From Acidobacteriota bacterium (GTDB taxonomy: Bacteria; Acidobacteriota; Thermoanaerobaculia; Gp7-AA8): a stretch of 64,000 nt of DNA. Positions 22,542 to 30,866 of this stretch are shown one piece after another. A model generated the notes under the pieces. The model was not told where the DNA came from. It did no database searches and saw only the letters and a program-made list of their open reading frames with translations. A program made the translations under genes and the position numbers. The stretch spans positions 64,001 to 128,000 of the forward strand of contig JAFATB010000012.1 in assembly GCA_019244185.1 (NCBI GenBank), read 5' to 3'. Within the stretch, counting starts at the first letter, position 1. The number at the start of each line of letters is the position of its first letter.

Positions 22542-23389
22542 TCATTTTCGCGGCCGCAGGATCAGCCGCGCGTGCGCGTAGTCGAACGTGACGATGAAAC
22601 GCGACAGCACGCCCGCGCCGATCGCGCTCTCGGTTCCCGGCAGCGGTCCGCAGCAGCTCGCATCGACGTCGTGCAGCACGAGCGAGTCGAAGCGGATCGT
22701 TTCGACCGTGCCCGCCACGCCGCCGCCTCCCGCCGCGCCGATGCCGTTGCCGACGGTGATCGTCTTCAGCGGCGCCGTCGATCGGCGCAGCAGCGGATGG
22801 TTCACCGAGTCGGTCGAGCCGGAGTCGACGAAGAACTCCGTCGTCTGCTCCGGCACACCGGCGACCTTGATGAAGCCGCGGACGTAGATCCATTTCCCCT
22901 TCGTGCCGCCGAAACGGATCGGCATCACGACGTCGTTCCGTCGCGGCCGCGCGTCGCGCGCGAAGACGATCCGCCGCGCGTCGGGATCGAATGTGATCGC
23001 GAAGCGCGCGAGCAACTCGTAGCCGAAGAAGCCGTCGAGCCGATGACCGATCATCGCCTCGATGCCGGAGAGATCGGCGACGCGCACGCCGTCGAACGTC
23101 ACGCGCGTGTCGTCGAACGCGAAGGTCACTCGATCCGCGAGTCGCACCGGCACCGCGCCGCCGCCCGCGCCGGAGACAGCAGCGCCTTCGTGCGTCGCGA
23201 GCCGCAGCCGCGCGGCCGCGCGCGAATCGAGAAAGGTGTACGGCGAGCCGCTGTCGATGAGAAACCAAGCGGCGCGCTGCCGTTGACGCGGACTGCGAAG
23301 AGCCGCAATCCGCTTGCGGAGGTTGTCGGAACGGCGTGCGCGCACGCGGCGAGCAGCGGCAGCGCGCATGCGAGTGCGAGCCCTTTCAC
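22542..23389 (-). pseudogene. Lipoprotein aspartyl protease (two D-S-G motifs) with a 1-nt frameshift at about 23268
   Basis: GTG 23389 gives VKGLALACALPLLAAC...VRVNGSAPL; continues in another frame as WFLIDSGS...FFVDSGS...IGAGVLSRF. Confidence 0.75.
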
Positions 23390-24369
23390 AGCATCCTCCG
23401 CAACGCGAGCGTCACGTGCAGCGTGCGCGTGCCGCGGCGCACGACGAGCGCGTGCGTGCGTACGGAATGGAACGCTTTCCAGACGCGATCGACGCCGAGG
23501 ACGAGAGCGGACTGGCCGTCGATCGCCGTGATGATGTCGCCTTTCTGCAGGCCCGCTTCGGCGCCGGGCGAACGCGCATAGACCTGCGCGATGACGAGAC
23601 CGTCGCGGCCTTGTTCGAGCTCGAGGCCGCTCGTGTCGAATAGCCACGCGTCGCCGAAGTAGCGGTTCGGTTCGAGAAAGAGGCGCTGATGCGGAAAGTC
23701 GGCGATGACGTGAAAGCGATGCAGCAGCTCGCCGCCGAACTTTGCGTCGCCCGACGTGGCATTGATGCCTTCGAGGCGGAATGGACCGAGAACGAACCGT
23801 TCCGCGCGCGCCAGGTCGGGGCCGATCGGTTCGCCGCCGTCGCTCTTGAACAGCGGATCGGCGAGCGCGCCGCCGGAGCCGCTGTCGACGAGATCGTCGC
23901 GCGTCACCGCGTCGTGACCCGCGACTTTCAGCTCCACGCGCACGAACGGACGGTTCTTCACGAGCGTCACCGGAATCGCCGCGACGTCCGGCGGCGGCGT
24001 GAACGTCGCGGGATCGTGCAGGCGGACGAGTCCCGCGTCGTAGTCCATCTCGACGACGAACTGTTGAAAGACGTCCATGCCGATCACGCCGTCGAGATGC
24101 TTGCCGCTGATGGCTTCGAAGAACGCCAGGTCGAGCGTGGCGAGCTTCGGGACGCGCACGCGCTTGCCCGCGATCGACAGCGTTGCCGGTCCCGCTTTGG
24201 TGAGATGCGGATCGATGTACGACGTCGGCGCGGCGGTGTCGAGCAGAAATGTGCGCGGCGGTCCGCCGTTCACGCGCACGGGCACGAGGAGCAGGTTCTC
24301 GTGGACGGTCGCGGGAACGAGGTACGCCGCGTCGGCGGTGGCGAGGAGGAGCGCGAGCGCGAGGAACAT
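23386..24369 (-). CDS. Secreted tandem retropepsin-like aspartyl protease with C-terminal PDZ domain
   Basis: FLLDTAA, DGVIG, LVDSGS, FGGELL; PDZ SPGAEAGLQKGDIITAIDG. Confidence 0.85.
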   Translation of the reverse strand: MFLALALLLATADAAYLVPATVHENLLLVPVRVNGGPPRTFLLDTAAPTSYIDPHLTKAGPATLSIAGKRVRVPKLATLDLAFFEAISGKHLDGVIGMDVFQQFVVEMDYDAGLVRLHDPATFTPPPDVAAIPVTLVKNRPFVRVELKVAGHDAVTRDDLVDSGSGGALADPLFKSDGGEPIGPDLARAERFVLGPFRLEGINATSGDAKFGGELLHRFHVIADFPHQRLFLEPNRYFGDAWLFDTSGLELEQGRDGLVIAQVYARSPGAEAGLQKGDIITAIDGQSALVLGVDRVWKAFHSVRTHALVVRRGTRTLHVTLALRRML

Positions 24370-24412
24370 GCGCGCACGTTGCGGCCGCGCGGAATCGAAG
24401 TCGATGGACGAA

Positions 24413-25225
24413 TCATGAGTTTGTGCTGAGCGCGACCCTTGCGGCGAGGCGCGCGTAGACGGCGCCCGGATCGGCGCTCGCGGGAAGCTCTTCGTCCGCC
24501 GCCCACGCCTGGCGGTTGTCGGCGACGCGGAAGAGCTGTGCCGTGACGCGGAGCGACGCGCCGTGCTGTCGCACCGCGCCGAGGAGGACGTATTGCGCGT
24601 CGAGCTGCCGGCCGATGTGGATGATGCATTCGCCGCTGCGCTTGAACTTCGCGGCGGTGAGCGGGTCGATGACGCCGAGGCGTTGCGGATCGATCTTCGC
24701 GAGCGCGGTGATCACTTCCTCGGTCGCCACGTCTTCGGCGCGGGCGGTGCCGCCGAGGTTGTCGAAGGGGAGGACGAGGACGGTCGTGCGCGGCGTCGTC
24801 GCGTGCAGGCGGATGCCGCCGGCGAGGAGCGCGAGTGCGAGCGATGCGGCGAGCGCGGGCCAGCGGCGGACGCGCGGTGACGAAGTCGGTATCGGCGTTG
24901 CGGCCGGCGTCGCATCGAGCGTTGCATCGACCGTTGCGATGAAGCGATAGCCGCGGCGCGGCACGGTCTGGATGAAGCGCGGTGCGGACGCGTCGTCGCC
25001 GAGAGCTTCGCGGATGCGGCGGATGCACCAGTTGAGACCCTGGTCGAAATCGACGAACGTCTCCTCGCCCCAGACGTGACGGCGGATCTCCTCGCGCGTC
25101 ACGAGCGTGCCGGCGCGCGCGGCGAGGAGCGCGAGCACGCGCATCGGCTGCGGCTGGAGGTGCACGGGCGCGCCGTCGCGCCGCAGCTCGTTGGTGTCGG
25201 TCAGTTCGAAGCCGGCGAAGTGCAT
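24413..25225 (-). CDS. CadC-like winged-helix regulator with TM helix and TolB-N-like periplasmic domain
   Basis: LQPQPMRVL, VTREEI, GLNWCIRRIREALGD....RFIQTVPRRGYRF; VLVLPFDNL. Confidence 0.85.
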   Translation of the reverse strand: MHFAGFELTDTNELRRDGAPVHLQPQPMRVLALLAARAGTLVTREEIRRHVWGEETFVDFDQGLNWCIRRIREALGDDASAPRFIQTVPRRGYRFIATVDATLDATPAATPIPTSSPRVRRWPALAASLALALLAGGIRLHATTPRTTVLVLPFDNLGGTARAEDVATEEVITALAKIDPQRLGVIDPLTAAKFKRSGECIIHIGRQLDAQYVLLGAVRQHGASLRVTAQLFRVADNRQAWAADEELPASADPGAVYARLAARVALSTNS

Positions 25226-25303
25226 GCGTGAAGAGTACGGCCGGATGGCGTAGCGGTTGCGAATACTCGCGCTCGCAGTCGATCGAACCTGGAGGCGAAG
25301 CTC

Positions 25304-25954
25304 ATGAAAACAAAAGGATTCCTGGCAGCAGCAACGGCGCTCTCGATGCTCATGGGAGCGTCCGCATTCGCGGATTCGCGTCATCGTGACGAGACACGAG
25401 ACCGCTACGAGTCGAATCGCAGCGTGACGATGGAAGGACGCGTCCAGCGTCTGTCACGCGAACGTGACGGCTACCGCGTGACGCTCGATCGCGGCGGCGA
25501 GTCGTACTTTGTCCCGGCGTCGGCGCTGCGCCGCGGCGGGCGCGCGCTCGACCTGCGCGTCGGCGTCTCCGTGCGCTTCTACGGCACGTACGACTCGCGC
25601 GGTTACGTCAACGTCTCGTCGTGCGACTGGCTCGACGACGACGGCGGGTACTACGGCAACGACGGCTATCGCAATGATGGCTACCGCAACGACGGTTCCT
25701 ACCGCGGCGGACGCGAGGCGTTCGTGAGCGGCGTGATCGATCGCGTCGACGACCGCCGCGGCGTCGCCGAACTGCGCGACGGCCGCAGCCGCCAGCGCAT
25801 CACCATCGTCATGCGCCGTGGCGACGATCGCCGCAACCGCGGCATCGACCTCAACGACCTGCGCCGCGGCGACGCGGTCACGTTCGCCGGCTCGTGGGGA
25901 CGCAACGGCGTGTTCGAAGCGTGGCGGATCGACAGCGTGAACTCGCGGCGGTAA
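25304..25954 (+). CDS. Secreted hypothetical protein with two OB-fold-like beta modules and a GYRND-repeat linker
   Basis: Signal peptide ending ASAFA; repeated ...G.V..L...DLR.G..V.F.G modules; GGAGG SD. Confidence 0.75.
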   Translation: MKTKGFLAAATALSMLMGASAFADSRHRDETRDRYESNRSVTMEGRVQRLSRERDGYRVTLDRGGESYFVPASALRRGGRALDLRVGVSVRFYGTYDSRGYVNVSSCDWLDDDGGYYGNDGYRNDGYRNDGSYRGGREAFVSGVIDRVDDRRGVAELRDGRSRQRITIVMRRGDDRRNRGIDLNDLRRGDAVTFAGSWGRNGVFEAWRIDSVNSRR

Positions 25955-25957
25955 GGC

Positions 25958-26033
25958 GAAGGCAGAAGGCGGAACCCGCAGGTGAGGTGAACGGCTTCAA
26001 CGTTCTGCCTTCTGCCCTCTGCCTTCTGCCTTC
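25958..26033. repeat. Intergenic heptamer tandem repeats in inverted arrangement (GAAGGCA / TTCTGCC x4)
   Basis: Left arm GAAGGCAGAAGGCGGAA; right arm TTCTGCC TTCTGCC CTCTGCC TTCTGCC TTC. Confidence 0.85.
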
Positions 26034-26072
26034 AAGTCGCGATCTCGCGCCGACCGGTTAGCATGCTCGCGG

Positions 26073-27899
26073 ATGACGGCACGCGGCGCAGCGACGATGA
26101 GCGGCCTCGCCGCCGCGTTTCTCGTCACGCTGCTGCTCGCCGCCGACGTCCCTGCCGCGCTCGAGTTGCCAGCGCGCGATCTCGCGTTGCGCCTGCTGCC
26201 GCGGCGTCCCGCGCGCGCGACCGCGATCGTCGCCATCGATGAACGCTCCGTGCGCGCGGTCGGACCGTGGCCGTGGCCGCGCGCGACGCTCGCGCGGCTC
26301 GTCGACCGCGCCGCGGACGCGGGCGCGCGCGCGGCGATCGTCGACATCCTGCTGACGGAAGCGCGTCCCGGCGACGAGCTGCTCGCACGCGCGATGAAAC
26401 GGCTGCCGTCGATTGCGGTGTGCGTGCTCGCGGAACGCGGGCAGTGGCTCGTCCCCGCGCCGGCATTCGACAGTTCCGCGATCGTCGCGCACGGCAACTT
26501 CGAGCTCGATCGCGATGGCATCCTGCGCCGTTTCGCGTCGACGAAACAGGATCGCAGCCGCGCGTTCGCCGCTGTGTCCTTCGAGGCCGCGTCGTTCATC
26601 CGCGTGACGGCAGTGCCGGTCGGCCGCTCCGTCGCGCCGGCGTTTCGCACCGCGCCGCGCGACGTGCCGGTCGTGAGCGCCGTCGACGTGCTGCGCGACC
26701 CGAACGCCTCGCGCTCTCTGCGCGGAAAGCTCGTCTTCATCGGGCCGACCGCGCTCGGACTCGGCGACCGCGTGCTGACGCCCGTCTCCGCGCGACTCGC
26801 GCCCGACACCGGCGTCTCCGTGCACGCCGCGGCCACCGAGTCGATCCTGCGCAACGAAGACGTGCGCGCGTTGCCGCCGCTCGCCGGCGGCGCGTTCGCG
26901 GGCATCGTCGCCGGAACGATCGTCGGCGTGCGTCGCCGCGCGCGCGGCGTCCGCGTCATCGTCGCGGGCGCGTTTCTCCTCGCGATTCTCGGCGGCGGCT
27001 ACGCGCTCCTCGCGAGCACCGGCATCGCCGTTCCGTCGGTGACGCTGATGCTCGCGCTGCTCGTCGCCGCCGGCGGCGCGGAAGCGACGCGCATGGCCTC
27101 GCGCCTGCGCCAGAGCCGCGAGGCCGCCGCGCGGCTCGAGACGAACCTCGGCTACGCGTCCGCGGCTCCCGGCGACGAAGTCGGCCTGCGCCTCGAGGAG
27201 ATCGCCACGCGGCTCGCGGAGCGCCGCGCGCAGGAGCTCGAATCGCAGCGCGTCCTCGCGCACGAGCTCAAGACGCCGCTCGCGTCGATGCGCAGCCTCA
27301 CGCAGCTCCTCGGCGGCTTCGAGCTCTCCGACGCCGAGCGCCGCCGCGTCACCTCGCTCCTCGAGGCGGAAGCGGGCAAACTGCAGCTGATGGTCTCGGG
27401 CCTGCTCGATCTCGAACGCCTCGCGCTGCGCAACTTCGACTCCGCGTCCGCCGTCACAGACCTCGGCACGCTCGCCGCCGCGCGCGTCGAGCTGCTGCGC
27501 GCGAGCGCCGATCGTCCGGTCGCCGTCGACGCGCCGCCGGGCATCCGCGTGCGCGGCGATGCGATCCTGCTCGAGCGCATCATCGACAATCTCGTGACCA
27601 ACGCCATGAAGTACACGCCGCCGCGGACGCCCGTGCACGTCGCCGTCGAACGACGCGACGGCATCGCGCTGCTCGCCGTCGAAGATCGCGGACGCGGCAT
27701 TCCGACGAGCGAACGTGCACGCGTGTTTCAACGCTTCGCGCGCGGCTCGACGGCGGCGGGCACGGAAGGCCTCGGGCTCGGACTCGCGCTGGTCGCCGAG
27801 GTCGCGCGGTGGCATCGAGGTGAGGTCGCGGTGGAAGATGCGCAGGGCGGCGGCGCGCGTTTCGTCGTGACGTTGCCGCTGATCGAGGATGAACGCTGA
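26073..27899 (+). CDS. CHASE2-domain sensor histidine kinase
   Basis: IVAIDERS...GPWPWPR, DRDGILRR, GVSVHA (CHASE2); TMs; AHELKTPL, NAMKYT, GLGLGL. Confidence 0.9.
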   Translation: MTARGAATMSGLAAAFLVTLLLAADVPAALELPARDLALRLLPRRPARATAIVAIDERSVRAVGPWPWPRATLARLVDRAADAGARAAIVDILLTEARPGDELLARAMKRLPSIAVCVLAERGQWLVPAPAFDSSAIVAHGNFELDRDGILRRFASTKQDRSRAFAAVSFEAASFIRVTAVPVGRSVAPAFRTAPRDVPVVSAVDVLRDPNASRSLRGKLVFIGPTALGLGDRVLTPVSARLAPDTGVSVHAAATESILRNEDVRALPPLAGGAFAGIVAGTIVGVRRRARGVRVIVAGAFLLAILGGGYALLASTGIAVPSVTLMLALLVAAGGAEATRMASRLRQSREAAARLETNLGYASAAPGDEVGLRLEEIATRLAERRAQELESQRVLAHELKTPLASMRSLTQLLGGFELSDAERRRVTSLLEAEAGKLQLMVSGLLDLERLALRNFDSASAVTDLGTLAAARVELLRASADRPVAVDAPPGIRVRGDAILLERIIDNLVTNAMKYTPPRTPVHVAVERRDGIALLAVEDRGRGIPTSERARVFQRFARGSTAAGTEGLGLGLALVAEVARWHRGEVAVEDAQGGGARFVVTLPLIEDER

Positions 27900-29260
27900 T
27901 GGCCACCGTGCTCGTGGTCGATGACGACGCCGGCATCCGCGAGAGCGTCGTGCTCGCGCTGACGAAAGTGGGCCATCGCACGCTGCAGGCCGACAGCGCG
28001 GGCGCGGCGCTGCAACTGCTGCGCGACCATCGCGTCGACCTCGTCGTCAGCGACATCTACATGCCCGGCGACGACGGCCTCGCGCTGCTGCGCGCGATCT
28101 CCGAGCGCCGCGATCCGCCGCGCGTCATTCTGATGACCGCACGCGGCACGATCGAGACGACCGCGCTCGCGCAGCGCTTTGGCGCGTTCGACTACCTGGC
28201 AAAACCGTTCGAGCTCTCCGAGCTCGTCGCGCGCGTCGGCGCGGCCACACGGCGCGTGCCGATTGCGGAAGAGCAAATCGAAGCCGCGCCGCCGTCGCGC
28301 ATCATCGGCTCGCATCCGTCGATGGTGGCGATGTACAAGGCCATCGCGCGCGTCGCGCCGCTGCGCGTGCCGGTGCTGATCCTCGGCGAGAGCGGCAGCG
28401 GCAAGGAGCTCGTCGCGCAGTCGATCCACGATCTCGGCGACCGCGCGTCGGGGCCGTTCGTCGCGCTCAACTGCGGCGCGATTCCCGACACGCTGCTGGA
28501 AAACGAGCTCTTCGGTTCGACGCGCGGCGCGTTCACGGATTCGCGTCAGGACCGCCGCGGCGCACTCTCGCGCGCGGACGGCGGGACGCTGTTCCTCGAC
28601 GAGATCGGCGACATCTCCGCCGCGTTTCAGGCGAAGCTGCTGCGCTTCCTGCAGGACGGCAGCGTGACGCCGCTCGGCTCCGACAAGAGCCATCGCGTCG
28701 ACGTGCGCGTCGTCGCGGCCACGCATCGCGATCTCAAGCATCTCGTCGCTTCCGGCGCGTTCCGCGAAGATCTCTACTATCGACTGGCGGCCTACGAGAT
28801 CGACGTGCCGCCGCTGCGCGCGCGCCGTTCCGACATCCCGCTGCTCGTCGAGCACTTCCGCCGCCGCATCGCCACGGAGATGCATCGCGAGACGCTTCCC
28901 GGTCCGTCGCGCGCCGTGCTCGACGCGCTCGACGCGTACGACTGGCCGGGCAACGTGCGCCAGCTCGAACAGGTGCTGCGCCGCGCCGCCATCGACTCGA
29001 ACGGTCTCACCGATGCGCGTGCGGTCGAGAGCGCGCTGCAGTCGATCGCGCCGCGCGCGGCGGAGGCGCGCGAGGAGCACGCGGACGAAGCGCCGCGCGA
29101 CGAGCTCGTGTCGCTCGACGAGGCCGAACGGCGCCACATCGTGGCCGTCCTCCGCGCGACGGCGGGGAATCAGACGCAGGCGGCGTTCATTCTGGGCATC
29201 GAACGGAAAACGCTTGCGCGCAAAATGAAGCGTCTCCAGATTTCCCTCGATCAGGAATGA
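27899..29260 (+). CDS. Sigma-54-dependent response regulator (NtrC/AtoC family)
   Basis: REC domain; GESGSGKE, GAFTD, LFLDEIG, FREDLYYRL, WPGNVRQL; Fis-type HTH. Confidence 0.94.
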   Translation: MATVLVVDDDAGIRESVVLALTKVGHRTLQADSAGAALQLLRDHRVDLVVSDIYMPGDDGLALLRAISERRDPPRVILMTARGTIETTALAQRFGAFDYLAKPFELSELVARVGAATRRVPIAEEQIEAAPPSRIIGSHPSMVAMYKAIARVAPLRVPVLILGESGSGKELVAQSIHDLGDRASGPFVALNCGAIPDTLLENELFGSTRGAFTDSRQDRRGALSRADGGTLFLDEIGDISAAFQAKLLRFLQDGSVTPLGSDKSHRVDVRVVAATHRDLKHLVASGAFREDLYYRLAAYEIDVPPLRARRSDIPLLVEHFRRRIATEMHRETLPGPSRAVLDALDAYDWPGNVRQLEQVLRRAAIDSNGLTDARAVESALQSIAPRAAEAREEHADEAPRDELVSLDEAERRHIVAVLRATAGNQTQAAFILGIERKTLARKMKRLQISLDQE

Positions 29261-30021
29261 GGCATCGCATGAAACAGGTCCTCGCGTCGCTGTTGACTGT
29301 CTTCGCCGTACAGAGCGCGGTGCCGCAGTCCGCGTTGCTCGACTACCGTTTCGAGGAAGTGCGCCACACCGTGACGCTGACCGCGGAGCACAAGAGCGTC
29401 GTGACGGGCGAGCACGCGCGCAGCGGCGACGGCGTGGAGACGGGCTGGTTCTCGTACGCGCGCATCGCGTCAGCGACGCACCGCGCCGAGTTCGAGCTCT
29501 TCAGCTCGACCAGCGTCACGCTCGCCGGCGGCACGCCTGGCGTCGTGCTCTCGCTCCAGCGCGGCCGCATCCGCGCCGCGTTCGACAAGCTCACCGGCAG
29601 CGAGCCGCGCATCGTGCAGACGCCCGGCGCATTGCTCGCCGTGCGCGGCACGAAGTTCGACGTCGAGGTCGCGCGCGACGGCAACACCACCGTCGACGTC
29701 TTCGAAGGCGTCGTCGAAGTGCGCTCGCCGCTGCAGCACGAGCCGCTCTTCGTGCGCGCGGGAGAGGAGTCGATCTACGGACACGGACGCGCGCCCGCCG
29801 TGCAGCCGATGCCGCAGGATCGCCGCAACAACGCCCCCGGCCACGACGGCGAGCGCGGCACGCAGCCGCACGACGGCTCGCATCGCGACCCGCGCGGCGG
29901 CGACGGCAACGAGCCGGGCAACGGTCCCGGAGGCTTCGGCGGTCCCGATGGTCCGAGCGGACATCAACCGCCTCCGCCGCCGAATCCCGGTCCGCCGCCG
30001 AACAAGCCGCCCGTCGCGTAA
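29257..30021 (+). CDS. Secreted FecR-domain protein with Pro/Gly-rich tail
   Basis: GDGVETG, VQTPGALLAVRGTKFDV, VDVFEGVVEV. Confidence 0.85.
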   Translation: MRHRMKQVLASLLTVFAVQSAVPQSALLDYRFEEVRHTVTLTAEHKSVVTGEHARSGDGVETGWFSYARIASATHRAEFELFSSTSVTLAGGTPGVVLSLQRGRIRAAFDKLTGSEPRIVQTPGALLAVRGTKFDVEVARDGNTTVDVFEGVVEVRSPLQHEPLFVRAGEESIYGHGRAPAVQPMPQDRRNNAPGHDGERGTQPHDGSHRDPRGGDGNEPGNGPGGFGGPDGPSGHQPPPPPNPGPPPNKPPVA

Positions 30022-30115
30022 CACCGAGTCACTTCGACGCGCCGCGCCCCGCGCATACGCATCGCGGCGCGTCATTCGATCCCGCTCTGCAACCGTCTCC
30101 TCTCTGCGCGATGCG

Positions 30116-30130
30116 TGGCACCGCGCTTGA
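30116..30130 (+). promoter_or_regulatory. Putative sigma-54 promoter TGGCAC-N5-TTGA
   Basis: Perfect -24 element, -12 variant (GA for GC); just downstream of a sigma54 activator operon. Confidence 0.55.
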
Positions 30131-30186
30131 GCTAGTCGTCCGCCCATCGCGGCGGACGCGCTCCGCCGGAAAAGGAGATCAAGCAG

Positions 30187-30744
30187 ATGAAACGCACACT
30201 GGTTCTCGTACTCGCAATGTGGATGATCGCGGCCGTCGCCAGCGCGAACGGCGGTGGTCATGGCGGCCCGCCTCCAAGCGGCTTCGACGATCGCGGCGGC
30301 GATCACGGTGGTGGTCCCGGCGGCGAGCCGCTCATCGTCGGCACCGACGGCACGGTCTACATCACGCGCGGCATCACCGACTCGGCGACGAACACCACGA
30401 CGACCACCGTCAGCGCGATCACGCCCGCGGGCGCCACGGCGTGGACCGTCACGCTTCCGAGCGGCCGCGGTCCGCTGCTCCTGTCGGGCAGCAACCTGCT
30501 CACCGTGCGTGAGACGGAAGCGAGCGACGGCAGCGAGACGTCGACGATCACCGCCATCGCGACGTCGAACGGCGCGACCGCGTGGACGCTCAACCTCAAT
30601 GGCGACGTCACCGGCCTGCGCCCGTTCAGCGGCGGCACGTACGCCACCGTCGTCGTCCCGCCGGCGACGTCGACCGCGAGCCCGACGCGGTCTCTCGTAG
30701 CGATCAGCAACAGCGGCACGATCCTCTGGACGGTGACGTTGTAA
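30187..30744 (+). CDS. Secreted beta-rich protein (PQQ/propeller-like repeats)
   Basis: Signal peptide; repeats AI...G...W three times; AAAAGGAG SD. Confidence 0.75.
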   Translation: MKRTLVLVLAMWMIAAVASANGGGHGGPPPSGFDDRGGDHGGGPGGEPLIVGTDGTVYITRGITDSATNTTTTTVSAITPAGATAWTVTLPSGRGPLLLSGSNLLTVRETEASDGSETSTITAIATSNGATAWTLNLNGDVTGLRPFSGGTYATVVVPPATSTASPTRSLVAISNSGTILWTVTL

Positions 30745-30778
30745 TCCGCCCGCGCACGTGACGTTGTGAGGTCGGCAG

Positions 30779-30817
30779 GGCGCGCGGCGGAGAGCGACCG
30801 TCGCGCGCCTTGTTTTT
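30779..30817 (+). terminator. Rho-independent terminator
   Basis: GGCGCGCGGCGG-agagcga-CCGTCGCGCGCC followed by TTGTTTTT. Confidence 0.7.
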
Positions 30818-30866
30818 CACGGTTCCATCTTTACGGCGTCGTGCAATTCCGTTAGCGTCATCCGCC

